64,000 bases of DNA from Oligoflexia bacterium (GCA_014378465.1 JACMNQ010000065.1:5186-69185); one strand, 5' to 3'; shown: positions 51,978 to 61,810, counted from the first letter of the stretch. Numbers and translations are program-made. The notes: generated from the sequence alone by a model not told the origin.

Positions 51978-54355
51978 GAAATCCTCGTCAGCGGAGGAGG
52001 GGCGTCGGCCGGATTTGAGGGATGATTCGTCAAATGACCCGACCTCAACGTGAAGTAAAAGGTCGTTCCATGCCCAAGGCTCGAATCAAACCAGATTTTG
52101 CCGCCGTGGCGTTCGATGATTTTCCGAACGATGGTGAGACCGGCTCCTGATCCGCCGCCGTATTTGTCCTGCGCATGGAGTCGCTTGAAGATCTGAAACA
52201 CCAGATCCCGGTGCTTGAGATCAATTCCGATCCCGTTGTCACGGACGAAAAAGACCGGGCACTCCGCTGATTCCGGGCCGCCCCCCTGCTGCACGGTCCC
52301 GATCTCAATCGTCTTCTTCTCGATTTCATTGTACTTGGTCGCATTGACGATGAGGTTATGGAAAACTTCGGTGATCTGAATCCGGTCGCAGACCAGAGTG
52401 GGCAGTTCCCCCAGGATGGTCACGTTCGCATGAGTGTCAGTCAGACACGTTCTCAGGGAGTCACATGCCTCTTCGACCGCTTCCCGAAGCGGGGTTGGCT
52501 GAAGTTCAAGGTCGATGCGGCCAACCCGCGACAACCGAAGGAGCGACTCGATCAGAGCATTCATCCTGCCCGTCATGGTCATGAGTCGACTCAATTTGTG
52601 TTTTCCGTCTTCATCAAGTTTGTCGGCGTAGTCTTCGATGAGAAAAGTGGCATAAGTGTGAATGCCGCGCAGCGGTTCCTTGAGATCATGCGAAGCCACG
52701 TAAGCGAAGGAGTCGAGCTCCTGATTGCTTCTCTCAAGTTCCTGATTGAGTCTGAACATTTCCTTGGCGCGGTCCGCGATGAGCATCATGAAGGCCTGCC
52801 TGAACTCAAGCGCGATTTGCTTCTCGGAGGCTTTCCAAGGGGTGCTTTTTCCCCTGACGATTTCATCCCAGAGTTCGAAGGATTTCCGAGGCGTGAGTTT
52901 TTCACCAGAAGCGAGATTCTTCGCTGATTTGCGCGGATCAGCGCCCCAGGGGATGGTCTGCATCTGTTCGCTTCGAAACCAGATCACCACATATTTCTCA
53001 TCCGGCGTCAGTGAGACGCCCAGCATCCCGCTCGCCTGTGACGCCCAGTCTGCGGCATGGGGAAAGATTCGGGCGATCTCATCCGTCGCATAGACGGGCT
53101 GTTCGCTCTGGTTCATCACATGGTTCACCAGTTCAGAAATCGCTTCACGGGGCGGGGTCTTTCCCAGCAGGAGCGGGGGTTCGTTGCGCAGACAGAAGGC
53201 GGCTCCTTCGGCTTCAACCATGGCGAGAAAGTCCTCTTCCTGGCTTTTGATCCCCTGAAGAAGCGTACGAACATCAGGGGCGCTCAGGAGTTTCAGAACA
53301 TCAAGCAGATGCACTCGCAGGCGGAGTTCGGCTTCGGTTTTTATTTTGGTTTCGAGACCCGGAATCTGAAGCGAGATGATTCTTCCGATGAACTCACATG
53401 CCGCACGTTTCTGATAATCGAGTTCATGGGGAGAATCGTGATGGCAGGAGATGAGGCCCCAGAGTTCCCCGTCCTTGACAAGGGAAATGGACATGGAAGC
53501 TTCGACTTGAATGTTGCTCAGATATTCGACATGAACGGGCGATACGGCTCGCAGAAAGCATTTGCTCAAGTCCAGGCGGTCTCCTGTTACCGGATTGAAT
53601 TCGGGCACGATGGGAGAAGAAGGAGCCTTGACTTCCGTGATCAGACGCAGGCGGTTGAGTGCAAACAGGCGCCGCGCCTGTTTCGGGATATCGCTTTCAG
53701 GAAAATGCAGTCCGAGAAAAGCGTCCTGGTCATCCCGTTTTCGCTCAGCGATGACTTTCAGGTGTCCACCCTCCACGACCCGGTGAATCCACACGCGGTC
53801 AAAGCCGGTGATGGACCTCACTTCTTCGACTGCACTTTCACAGAGGTCATGAAGCGAGGCAGCCTGCTGAATCCGGAAGATTGAACTGGTGAATTGATCG
53901 TAGAATTCCACAAAAGAAAGCAGCGGTTCGCTTTGAAGAGAGGTCTCAAACTCCAGAACCGCGATGGAGGCTTCGATGGATACTTCTGGCAAAGGATGAA
54001 TGGAGACCGTGTAGTCCCGGACTCCGCCGCTGAGCTGCAGGGAAAGTTTCAGCGGCTTCACTTCCTTCGAATCAATTGAAGCCTGCAGTTGGTCGCCCAG
54101 GCGCTGAGTGTCTCGTGGATTTATCCAGCCGGAAATGGATCTGCCGAGGAGGGCACTGGCCGGCAAATCCATGAAACTGACACAGTTTTCGCTGGCCTGA
54201 AGAATTTTCCCGGAGGGAAACTGAACCACGAGGAGACAGCCGTGGGGCTGCACGCCACCGATCAGGTGGATGGGTTCCCGGTCACAATTGGTCAAATCAA
54301 CGGTCTGCCCCGCGGTTTTCCAGGAATTGAAAGTGCTCACCGGGGAGCCACCCAC
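51974..54355 (-). CDS. bphP: bacteriophytochrome photosensory histidine kinase (PAS-GAF-PHY-HisKA-HATPase_c)
   Basis: N-terminal CDREPIHLIGGVQPHGCLL (biliverdin-binding Cys plus PAS knot region). GAF with ...DIPKQARRLF...HVEYLSNIQVEASMSISL... HK H-box ASHDLKEPLR and ATPase boxes. Confidence 0.85.
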   Translation of the reverse strand: MGGSPVSTFNSWKTAGQTVDLTNCDREPIHLIGGVQPHGCLLVVQFPSGKILQASENCVSFMDLPASALLGRSISGWINPRDTQRLGDQLQASIDSKEVKPLKLSLQLSGGVRDYTVSIHPLPEVSIEASIAVLEFETSLQSEPLLSFVEFYDQFTSSIFRIQQAASLHDLCESAVEEVRSITGFDRVWIHRVVEGGHLKVIAERKRDDQDAFLGLHFPESDIPKQARRLFALNRLRLITEVKAPSSPIVPEFNPVTGDRLDLSKCFLRAVSPVHVEYLSNIQVEASMSISLVKDGELWGLISCHHDSPHELDYQKRAACEFIGRIISLQIPGLETKIKTEAELRLRVHLLDVLKLLSAPDVRTLLQGIKSQEEDFLAMVEAEGAAFCLRNEPPLLLGKTPPREAISELVNHVMNQSEQPVYATDEIARIFPHAADWASQASGMLGVSLTPDEKYVVIWFRSEQMQTIPWGADPRKSAKNLASGEKLTPRKSFELWDEIVRGKSTPWKASEKQIALEFRQAFMMLIADRAKEMFRLNQELERSNQELDSFAYVASHDLKEPLRGIHTYATFLIEDYADKLDEDGKHKLSRLMTMTGRMNALIESLLRLSRVGRIDLELQPTPLREAVEEACDSLRTCLTDTHANVTILGELPTLVCDRIQITEVFHNLIVNATKYNEIEKKTIEIGTVQQGGGPESAECPVFFVRDNGIGIDLKHRDLVFQIFKRLHAQDKYGGGSGAGLTIVRKIIERHGGKIWFDSSLGHGTTFYFTLRSGHLTNHPSNPADAPPPLTRIS

Positions 54356-54984
54356 TCGGTCAATCGCTCAAAGCTCTCATGAGCGGAGTTGCAGAGGTTT
54401 TTTTCCTGCGCCGGATGGGCCTGCACGAATCGCTTGAGAGTTTCCGTGAAAGCCTTCCAACGAGGCCCTGTTTCCGCGCCGTAGATGGAAAAGTAATGCA
54501 TCGCTGTCGTTCCCTGAAGTCCCAGAGTCTTGGAGAGGTGGTTGCTGATGATGCGCCCTCCGAGGCTTGAACCTTCGATGACGTACAGAAAGCCCAGGCG
54601 CTGCGCCGGGGTTTCGAGGGGAGGCAGATCCTTGCACCAGGAGAAATCCGCGATTTCCCGCTGCGCGAAGCCCAAGGTGATCAGGTCGTGAAGGATTGCA
54701 GGGGCCCTGATGCGTGCGGGGTAAGAAAGCTCCGTGAGCCAGGGGTCTTGTTGCAGTCTGTCAATGGCGGAAAGCCTGGCCTCCTGGGGGACGAGGAAAG
54801 TGTAGAAGCGGCTGAGAAGTTGACCCAGCTCCCCATGGGAAAGGTCTGGCGACATCAGGAAGGCCAGTCGGGACTCGATCTTCAGGTGTGACGACTCCGT
54901 ATGGACCTTGATCCTGCCCAGAACGGTATCCACGCGTTCAGCAGCAATGGGAGCTACTTTAGAAGCCTGGTTTTGTAGTGACAT
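54337..54984 (-). CDS. bphO: heme oxygenase (biliverdin-producing, BphO-like)
   Basis: About 215-aa all-helical protein with proximal His region (TESSHLKIESRLAF). Immediately upstream of bphP with a 19-nt overlap. Assignment rests mainly on context plus weak motif match. Confidence 0.55.
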   Translation of the reverse strand: MSLQNQASKVAPIAAERVDTVLGRIKVHTESSHLKIESRLAFLMSPDLSHGELGQLLSRFYTFLVPQEARLSAIDRLQQDPWLTELSYPARIRAPAILHDLITLGFAQREIADFSWCKDLPPLETPAQRLGFLYVIEGSSLGGRIISNHLSKTLGLQGTTAMHYFSIYGAETGPRWKAFTETLKRFVQAHPAQEKNLCNSAHESFERLTEWVAPR

Positions 54985-55160
54985 AATTCCTTTTGTGCTT
55001 TTATATTCAACACTTCACCAGTAGTCAATTGACTCAAAATAGTCGAGGCCAAACCCGCCTTTTTGGCGTTTCCCTCGGTGGTTCACCTGGAGTCGGACAG
55101 AATCAGGATAGAAGTCGGCAGGTGCGGGCAACATCGAAGAGCTGGCCGCTCCTGCCTGAC

Positions 55161-55169
55161 GGGGGGGGG
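55161..55169. repeat. G9 homopolymeric tract in divergent intergenic region
   Basis: GGGGGGGGG flanked by TGCCTGAC/CAGAC. Lies between the bphO operon (minus) and the secreted-protein / clan-CD-like gene pair (plus). Confidence 0.9.
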
Positions 55170-55245
55170 CAGACTTTTGACGGTCTCGAAGTGCCTTTCC
55201 TCAGGCCACATTTCTTCAAGCCACTGTGTGATTTGCCGAAGAGTC

Positions 55246-55662
55246 ATGAGGAGTAAACTGCCCCAAATGACCTTGCGCAGCTTGGCCCAGACTCTCATGA
55301 TCGCCTTTTTCACTTTGCCTCTGAACTCTCGCGCAGGCACCGTCGAAGTTCATGCGCTCAAGCCGGGCGCGAGTCTGGATGAATTCGCGAATATCAGTGC
55401 GAAGGTTCATTCGTATGAATCTCAGCACGGAACCGCAGGTGACCTGCCTTTCACGGCGAAAAAGCGCAACCACTGGCTGCAGGAATCAGGACTGAGTGAA
55501 GTCACGAAGGACTGGGATGCACTCAAGCGGGATGAACTGGTCCTCAACGCCGGGGTGGTTTCTGAAGGCGCCTTGACTGCGAAATACCCGGATCTACCCC
55601 CAGTCCGGTTGCGGAAGTTGAGACGCCTGCGAGTGCGGGCCGCACGAGGGTCAAAATCCTGA
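55246..55662 (+). CDS. hypothetical small secreted protein (Arg-rich C-terminus suspicious)
   Basis: Signal peptide MRSKLPQMTLRSLAQTLMIAFFTLPLNSRAG. The last ~20 aa (VRLRKLRRLRVRAARGSKS) look like out-of-frame translation and overlap an alternative open frame that leads into the next gene. Confidence 0.4.
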   Translation: MRSKLPQMTLRSLAQTLMIAFFTLPLNSRAGTVEVHALKPGASLDEFANISAKVHSYESQHGTAGDLPFTAKKRNHWLQESGLSEVTKDWDALKRDELVLNAGVVSEGALTAKYPDLPPVRLRKLRRLRVRAARGSKS

Positions 55663-55685
55663 AAAATCTGCTGAACCTCCGCTTT

Positions 55686-57086
55686 GTGAGTCTCGCGTTC
55701 GTCGCCATGACAGCCGTTTCGGCCTGCACTGCCGACTCGGCGTCGGCAAAAATTCTGTTTCTCAATCTCAATGATGCGGAGCCTGAGATCCAGGTTGCTC
55801 GAGCGGAGGCGCTCCGCCGAGGCGAAGAATTCGTGGTGATTCCAGACTCCGATTTCATCCGGCGAAAGACTGAATCGCTGAAAAAAATGAACGCGGTGAC
55901 GCCCAGCTCAAAGTTGTCCTCCCAGGAAATTCAGGATGCAGTCGTCCGTCTTGGAAAGGGTGCAACCACCGTGATCATCTCCGGACACTCCGACGGCACG
56001 GAGTACCATGGAGACACCGTCGAAACCATTTTGCGTCAGGATCTGGTTCGTGCCTTCAAAAAGGCGGGAATGGATTCGAGCATTCAGTCGATCTACCTCT
56101 GGGGCTGTTACACGGCGTCTCATGGCGCGGTCCGCTCATGGGATACGATTTTTCCAAATGCTCATTACCTCATCGGGTACACGACTGCGGGAGCGCCCAA
56201 GAATGACCGCGAAGGTCCACGGCAGTTGGCCGGTGCCTTGCGGGCTGAGGAGAAGATCAGGAGCGAATCCGATTCAAAACAGATCCTGGCGGATCTCAAG
56301 CTCGTCAATCAGGGTGATCGTCATTCGCTCGGAGGGCGGGTCAATGATCACTACTACTGTGTCCAGCGTGGCCTGATCACCGGTCTGGACGAAATCAAAG
56401 AAGGTTGCCGGGATTTTGCCCACAGCATGGCCGCCGAAAAGTATGATCTCTATGATCCCTATTTCAGCGGTCAGCTGCCGATCCCGGAGGATGGTCTCAA
56501 GAGTCCGCTGAGGGCTTTCTATCAGAATGTTCAGGATCATTCCCAGTGTCTGCTCTGTGGCTCCGAAGAAGAGCAGGAGAAAGTTCTGAAAGAGATGCAG
56601 TCCAGCTTCAATCAGAAGGATCTTGAAGCACTTTCGCAGATCCCCTGTCCGGGCGTGCTGATCCGTTTGATCAAATTCAGTCACATCGTGAACAATTATC
56701 GCAAGGTTTACGCTCGGGAGTTCGATTTCTACAGGAAAGAATTCAAAAAGCTGCCTCCGGCTTCTCCCGAGAATGCAGCCTGCAGAAAGATTCTCACGGG
56801 TGAATACGGCCCATCCGATCGAAAGCTCTTCGAGGATCTTGCGAGGGATTCCGTTTGCAATGACATGAATCTGCCAGCGGAGCTTGCAGATCTGGCGGCA
56901 AGTTCGATTCGAAGAGCGGAGACCCTGCTCGGAAACTTGCGAAGTGTCCCTTTTTCCTGGATCGCGGACGCCCCGACGGACCAAGCGCCCGAGTCACTGA
57001 TGAATTCTCCTGAAGAGCTGAGTTTGAGTCTGGCTCCGATCACCGCGGTGATTCTCCCACCGTCAAGGCCAGGCGGCACGAATTAA
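55686..57086 (+). CDS. putative lipoprotein with caspase/CHAT-like (clan CD) His-Cys dyad
   Basis: GTG start as given in the ORF track. The in-frame upstream extension VKILKNLLNLRFVSLAFVAMTAVSAC looks like a complete lipoprotein signal peptide but has no canonical start. Candidate dyad VIISGHSDG ... IYLWGCYTASHG, about 40 aa apart. Tentative. Confidence 0.4.
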   Translation: MSLAFVAMTAVSACTADSASAKILFLNLNDAEPEIQVARAEALRRGEEFVVIPDSDFIRRKTESLKKMNAVTPSSKLSSQEIQDAVVRLGKGATTVIISGHSDGTEYHGDTVETILRQDLVRAFKKAGMDSSIQSIYLWGCYTASHGAVRSWDTIFPNAHYLIGYTTAGAPKNDREGPRQLAGALRAEEKIRSESDSKQILADLKLVNQGDRHSLGGRVNDHYYCVQRGLITGLDEIKEGCRDFAHSMAAEKYDLYDPYFSGQLPIPEDGLKSPLRAFYQNVQDHSQCLLCGSEEEQEKVLKEMQSSFNQKDLEALSQIPCPGVLIRLIKFSHIVNNYRKVYAREFDFYRKEFKKLPPASPENAACRKILTGEYGPSDRKLFEDLARDSVCNDMNLPAELADLAASSIRRAETLLGNLRSVPFSWIADAPTDQAPESLMNSPEELSLSLAPITAVILPPSRPGGTN

Positions 57087-57553
57087 AGAAGTCCGATCTT
57101 CTTCGCTATCCAGACGGTGAAGAGAAGAGTGGCCGCAAGCATCGCGAGTGCGAGAAGCAGTCCCAAAAGCATCACGGTACTGAGCAGCAGAGTCGATCGA
57201 CGACTCACGCGGTGGGGATTGTCAAAATAGGCGCGCAGAATGCGTGAATTTCTGAGATTGGCTTTGTAAGCGACGTGAAAGATGTCCCCGGCGACTGGAA
57301 ACGCGCCGAGTGTGGTTTCAGCGGCGACGTTTCCGACCATTCGGAGCACCACGGACTGGGGCGCGCCGGCACGCGCGGCTTCAGCCACGATATAGAAAGA
57401 CAGAACGAGGGTCAGGAGATCTCCCACGACGGGAATCAGTCCGATGATGCCATCGATGCCAAACCGGATCCCTCCGATTCGAAAGCGTGTATCCAGTAGA
57501 TTCGCGACTGCGTCAACTCGAGCCAGAGTCGGATTGGAAGCAGGTGGATTCAT
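57083..57553 (-). CDS. DUF4112 family membrane protein
   Basis: LLDTRFRIGGIRFGIDGIIGLIPVVGDLLTLVLSFYIV signature followed by a C-terminal TM helix. Confidence 0.6.
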   Translation of the reverse strand: MNPPASNPTLARVDAVANLLDTRFRIGGIRFGIDGIIGLIPVVGDLLTLVLSFYIVAEAARAGAPQSVVLRMVGNVAAETTLGAFPVAGDIFHVAYKANLRNSRILRAYFDNPHRVSRRSTLLLSTVMLLGLLLALAMLAATLLFTVWIAKKIGLL

Positions 57554-57723
57554 CAGGATGCTCCTTCATTTCGCTTGGGAGAGTTCACTCCGGAACATGC
57601 CTTGCAACTCCCCTCGGAGACTTGCCGAAGTTTGACGCTTCACTCATCAGCAGTTGCCGGCAAGTCTGCGAACACTGTCCCAAATTGCCCTCGACTCAGA
57701 TTTTTAACCAGAGGAAACGTCTC

Positions 57724-58104
57724 ATGAAACTTTCAGCTTTGATCCTGGTCCTGGGTGCACTGTCGGCCTGTTCTTCGACTTCTTCGCGATCTGGGCCACA
57801 GACGGGGTTCACGACGCAGTCCAACGGCGATGCCCGGAATCCCTCTCCGGGTGCTGGCAACGCGCCAGGAAATGCTCCTGAGAAAACCTATGAGGCAGGG
57901 GTGATCTCTCCTTCTTCAAATGAGCTCGAAGCCCTTGAGCGCCGAGGGGAGCGAGACGGAACTTCGCCTCAGGATCCCAACACGAAACGTCAACAAGCTG
58001 GGAAAATGGCCCCTCGCTCTGAAGCCACTCCGAAACCCGCGGCCCCGGAATCAGATCCGAGCTATGAAACGGAATCTGACTACGAAAATGCGCCCACGAA
58101 CTAG
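57724..58104 (+). CDS. hypothetical lipoprotein (low-complexity, Pro/Ser/Glu-rich)
   Basis: MKLSALILVLGALSAC lipobox. Start chosen at the internal ATG; the track's upstream extension is antisense to the DUF4112 gene. Confidence 0.5.
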   Translation: MKLSALILVLGALSACSSTSSRSGPQTGFTTQSNGDARNPSPGAGNAPGNAPEKTYEAGVISPSSNELEALERRGERDGTSPQDPNTKRQQAGKMAPRSEATPKPAAPESDPSYETESDYENAPTN

Positions 58105-58178
58105 CCCCACGAACTGGCAAAGCAGGGCCGCGAACACTGGCGTCATCCTTCTCTTTCGGTTAGGCTTCGGGCACCCTC

Positions 58179-60752
58179 ATGGCGCCCAAACTCATTCCGC
58201 TTCCCATTGATTCCTCTCTGTCTGAGATCCTGCGGGAGCTCGAAGCGCGGAATTGCATCGTCGTTCAGGCTGAACCGGGTACGGGAAAAACCACGCGCAT
58301 CCCGCCGGCATTGTTGCAGGCGAGCTTTCGAAAACCGGATCAGGAGATCCTGGTGCTTGAGCCCAGGCGTCTCGCCGCAAAGATGGCGGCTTTTCGCGTG
58401 GCTGAAGAAATGGGCGAGTTCCCGGGTGATGCAGTTGGTTATCATTTTCGCTTCGAGAAAAAGGCAGGCCCGAAGACTCGACTTCTTTTTCTGACCGAAG
58501 GCATGCTCATGCGCCGGCTTCTGGGAGATCCGACTTTGAAGAACGTGGCGGGCGTCGTGCTCGATGAGTTTCATGAAAGACACCTTCATGGCGATCTCGG
58601 GCTCGCCTACCTGCGGCGGCTGCAGAAAACCGTGAGACCTGAGCTGAGGCTCGTCGTCATGTCGGCCACTCTGGATGCGCAGGGGATCGCGAAATACCTC
58701 GGCGACTGCCGCACTCTGCTGGTGCCTGGCTCAAAATTTCCCATCTCGATCGAGTACCTGAGTTCCGGCACGGGACGCGCACGCGATCTCGAAACTTCCG
58801 TTCGTGATGCGGTCGTTGAAGCACTGTCGCGTCCGGACGCCGAAAAGTTCGGGCATCTGCTCGTGTTTCTTCCGGGGATGGCGGAGATCAGGCGAAGTGC
58901 GCAGGCGCTCGAAGCGGATTCGCGGAGATTCAATTTTGATGTGTTTCCGCTTCATGGTGAGCTTTCCCGAGAAGAGCAGGAGCGGGCCATTCAGCCTTCA
59001 AAACCAGGACCCGGAAATCCGCTCGGCCGAACCAAAGTGATTCTTTCCACCAATGTCGCCGAAACTTCGCTCACCCTGCCGGGCGTGAACACGGTGATTG
59101 ACAGCGGACTCGCACGAGTGGCCAGTTACTCGAGCTGGTCAGGTTTGCCGTCTCTCAAGACCAAAGCCGTGAGCAAGGCTTCCGCGATTCAGAGGGCAGG
59201 AAGATCCGGTAGAACTTCCCCTGGACGCTGCTTCAGACTCTATTCCAAAGGCGAATTCGACGGCAAGGCGTCGTTTGAAATTCCAGAAATTCTGAGAGCC
59301 GATCTCTGTCAATCGTTGCTCGAACTCAGTACGATGGGCATTCAGGATCCTTCCGATCCACTGAAATTCGAGTGGTTTCAGGCTCCACCCCCACAGGCGC
59401 TGTCGTCTGCACGGTCTCTGGCTGAGATGTTGGGAGCCTTGGATTCTTCAGGAAAGTTGACTCCACTCGGCCACCAGTTGGCGGAGCTCCCGGTTCATCC
59501 GCGACTCGGAAAACTGATTCTTGAAGGAGTGAAAAGGGGAGTCAGCACCGAAGCCATTGAGATGGCTTCGCTCTTGAGCGAGGCGAAGAACTCTCCCGGC
59601 AGCAGTCTTGATCTGCTCAGGGAGTTCGACTCCTACCAGCCCGGTGAAGCCGGCCGAAAGTTGATTCAGCAACTTTCGGCACGCATGCCGTCCAACCCCA
59701 GACCGCGCATGAATCCTCCACAAGACCGTGAACTGCAGCTCAAGCTTGCACTGCTCAGCGCGTTTCCCGACCGGGTGGCGCGCAAAAAATCACTGGAGAA
59801 GGGCTCCGTCTTTCAGCTGGTGATCTCCAGTGGAGGATCCGTCACCGTCGAGCAGTCGGCGGTGGTGAATTTTGCAGAGTACTTCGTGATCCCCGCACTC
59901 CAGGAAAGTCAGGGCCTTGGGCAGTTGCGTTCTTCACTCCGGGTGCGGTCACTTTTTTCCATCGAGCCCGAATGGCTTTTTGATCTGGAGCCTTCCGGGA
60001 TCACTGAAACCGATGAGATGAGCTGGGATGCGGATCGAAAGCGCGTCTTTCAGTTATCCATGTTGAGTTACGGCCAGCTGATTCTTTCACAGAGCAAGGG
60101 GGTGCCTTCGGACGCTCCCGCTGTCCGGCGAAAAGCGGCCGAGCTTCTCGCCGTTCAGGTTTCAAAATTTCTCAAGACCCATCTTCCTTCTCAGGAAGCG
60201 CTCAAGGAAATGAGGGTCAGACTGTCGCTTCTCAAGAAGCATTCGGGTCTCGAACTGCCGGAGTTTCCGGGGGCGGATGATGCGGCCTTTTCAGCGCCTC
60301 TGCTCGAGGTCTGTCTGGGGAAAACCAGCTGGAGTGAAATTCAGTCTGAAATCGATGCTGAGTCGCTTGTTTCAGGCCTTGTGCAGAGCTGGCTTGCACT
60401 GCAGGACCAGAGCTCGCTCGCCAATCGCCTCGACCGTGAGGTTCCCCTTCAGACCGTGCTGGCTCGAGGTCGAAAAGTGAAGATTCATTACGTGGAGAAT
60501 CAGGCTCCCTGGATTGAGAGTCGAATCCAGGATTACTTTGGCATGTCTGATGGCCCGAAGATTCTGGGAGGCAAACTTGCCCTCACTCTCCATTTGCTCG
60601 CGCCCAATTACCGGGCCGTGCAGGTGACTTCTGATCTCAAGGGGTTCTGGGTCCGAAGTTACGCTGAGGTGAGAAGGGAGTTGGGGAGACGCTATCCCCG
60701 GCACTCGTGGCCGGAAGACCCGCTTCAGGCTTTTGTGGAAAAATCCCGCTAG
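58179..60752 (+). CDS. hrpB: ATP-dependent RNA helicase HrpB (DEAH-box)
   Basis: AEPGTGKTT Walker A, DEFHER (DEAH variant), SAT, helicase C, HA2 domain and the HrpB-specific C-terminal domain. 857 aa. Confidence 0.85.
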   Translation: MAPKLIPLPIDSSLSEILRELEARNCIVVQAEPGTGKTTRIPPALLQASFRKPDQEILVLEPRRLAAKMAAFRVAEEMGEFPGDAVGYHFRFEKKAGPKTRLLFLTEGMLMRRLLGDPTLKNVAGVVLDEFHERHLHGDLGLAYLRRLQKTVRPELRLVVMSATLDAQGIAKYLGDCRTLLVPGSKFPISIEYLSSGTGRARDLETSVRDAVVEALSRPDAEKFGHLLVFLPGMAEIRRSAQALEADSRRFNFDVFPLHGELSREEQERAIQPSKPGPGNPLGRTKVILSTNVAETSLTLPGVNTVIDSGLARVASYSSWSGLPSLKTKAVSKASAIQRAGRSGRTSPGRCFRLYSKGEFDGKASFEIPEILRADLCQSLLELSTMGIQDPSDPLKFEWFQAPPPQALSSARSLAEMLGALDSSGKLTPLGHQLAELPVHPRLGKLILEGVKRGVSTEAIEMASLLSEAKNSPGSSLDLLREFDSYQPGEAGRKLIQQLSARMPSNPRPRMNPPQDRELQLKLALLSAFPDRVARKKSLEKGSVFQLVISSGGSVTVEQSAVVNFAEYFVIPALQESQGLGQLRSSLRVRSLFSIEPEWLFDLEPSGITETDEMSWDADRKRVFQLSMLSYGQLILSQSKGVPSDAPAVRRKAAELLAVQVSKFLKTHLPSQEALKEMRVRLSLLKKHSGLELPEFPGADDAAFSAPLLEVCLGKTSWSEIQSEIDAESLVSGLVQSWLALQDQSSLANRLDREVPLQTVLARGRKVKIHYVENQAPWIESRIQDYFGMSDGPKILGGKLALTLHLLAPNYRAVQVTSDLKGFWVRSYAEVRRELGRRYPRHSWPEDPLQAFVEKSR

Positions 60753-60836
60753 GATGCCTTTCAAGCGACTTCACCCCGTTTGGAGCCTGCTTTGCCCGAC
60801 CGGGGTCCAATTAAAAATAATTAATACTTCAGCTGA

Positions 60837-60867
60837 CTTGACTGGCCCCCTCTTTATGCCCATTTTA
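60837..60867 (+). promoter_or_regulatory. putative sigma32 (RpoH) heat-shock promoter for htpX
   Basis: CTTGACT-N15-CCCATTTTA matches the sigma32 consensus CTTGAAA-N13-15-CCCCATNTA. Followed by an AAGGAGG RBS and the htpX ATG at 60893. Confidence 0.35.
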
Positions 60868-60892
60868 TAGACTACCAATCAAGGAGGCTGTC

Positions 60893-61810
60893 ATGGCCAT
60901 GTTTAAGCGAATCGGCTTGTTTCTTCTGTTGAATATTCTGGTGGTGACCACCCTCTCGGTCGTCGCTCATTTCCTGGGCATCGGAAATTACATCACTCGC
61001 TATGGAATGGACTACAACTCCCTGGCCGCTTTCTGCCTGCTCTGGGGGATGGGCGGCGCCTTCATTTCGCTCGCGATGTCCCGCGTGATGGCGAAGTGGA
61101 TGATGGGAGTTCAGGTCATTGATCCAAACACGCGCGATCCGCAGCTTCAGGAGCTCGTGCAGACCGTTTATGGACTGGCTCGCAGTGCGGGTTTGCCAAA
61201 GATGCCTCAGGTTGGAATCTACGATTCACCTGAGCTCAACGCTTTTGCCACCGGACCCACGAAGTCGCGCGCACTGGTCGCAGTTTCTTCCGGACTGGTC
61301 CAGCGCATGTCGTCTGAAGAAATTCATGGAGTGCTCGGTCACGAGATCGCCCACATCGCAAACGGAGACATGGTCACGATGACCCTCCTGCAGGGCGTCG
61401 TCAATGCGTTCGTCATGTTCGCAGCCCGTGCGATCGCGTTTGCAATCACTCAGGGGAGTCGTGACAGCAATGACAACCGTCAGGGCGGTGGCTCGTCGAT
61501 GTCCTATTTTCTCATTCAGATGGGACTGCAGATCGTGTTCATGATTCTGGGTTCGATTGTCGTGGCCTGGTTCTCGAGACTGCGTGAGTACCGTGCCGAT
61601 GCGGGCGGCGCTCGACTCGCAGGGCGCGAAAGCATGATCCAGGCTCTGCGCGCGCTCCAGAGAACTTATGACTTCGTGGACACTTCGGCTCAGCCCGCGG
61701 TTCAGACTCTCAAGATTTCGAGCAAGCCGGGAGGAGCCCTCCGTTTCTTCTCCACGCATCCGCCGCTGGCGGATCGCATCGCGCGTCTGGAAGGCCGGAT
61801 GTCCGCCTGA
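60893..61810 (+). CDS. htpX: zinc metalloprotease HtpX (M48 family)
   Basis: Two N-terminal TM helices, HEIAH zinc motif and a downstream glutamate ligand. Confidence 0.85.
   Translation: MAMFKRIGLFLLLNILVVTTLSVVAHFLGIGNYITRYGMDYNSLAAFCLLWGMGGAFISLAMSRVMAKWMMGVQVIDPNTRDPQLQELVQTVYGLARSAGLPKMPQVGIYDSPELNAFATGPTKSRALVAVSSGLVQRMSSEEIHGVLGHEIAHIANGDMVTMTLLQGVVNAFVMFAARAIAFAITQGSRDSNDNRQGGGSSMSYFLIQMGLQIVFMILGSIVVAWFSRLREYRADAGGARLAGRESMIQALRALQRTYDFVDTSAQPAVQTLKISSKPGGALRFFSTHPPLADRIARLEGRMSA

Noticed and set aside
52358-53884. plus-strand ORFs within 52358-53884
   Set aside because: Antisense to bphP.
56274-57079. minus-strand ORFs 56274-56984 and 56729-57079
   Set aside because: Antisense to the clan-CD-like lipoprotein gene.
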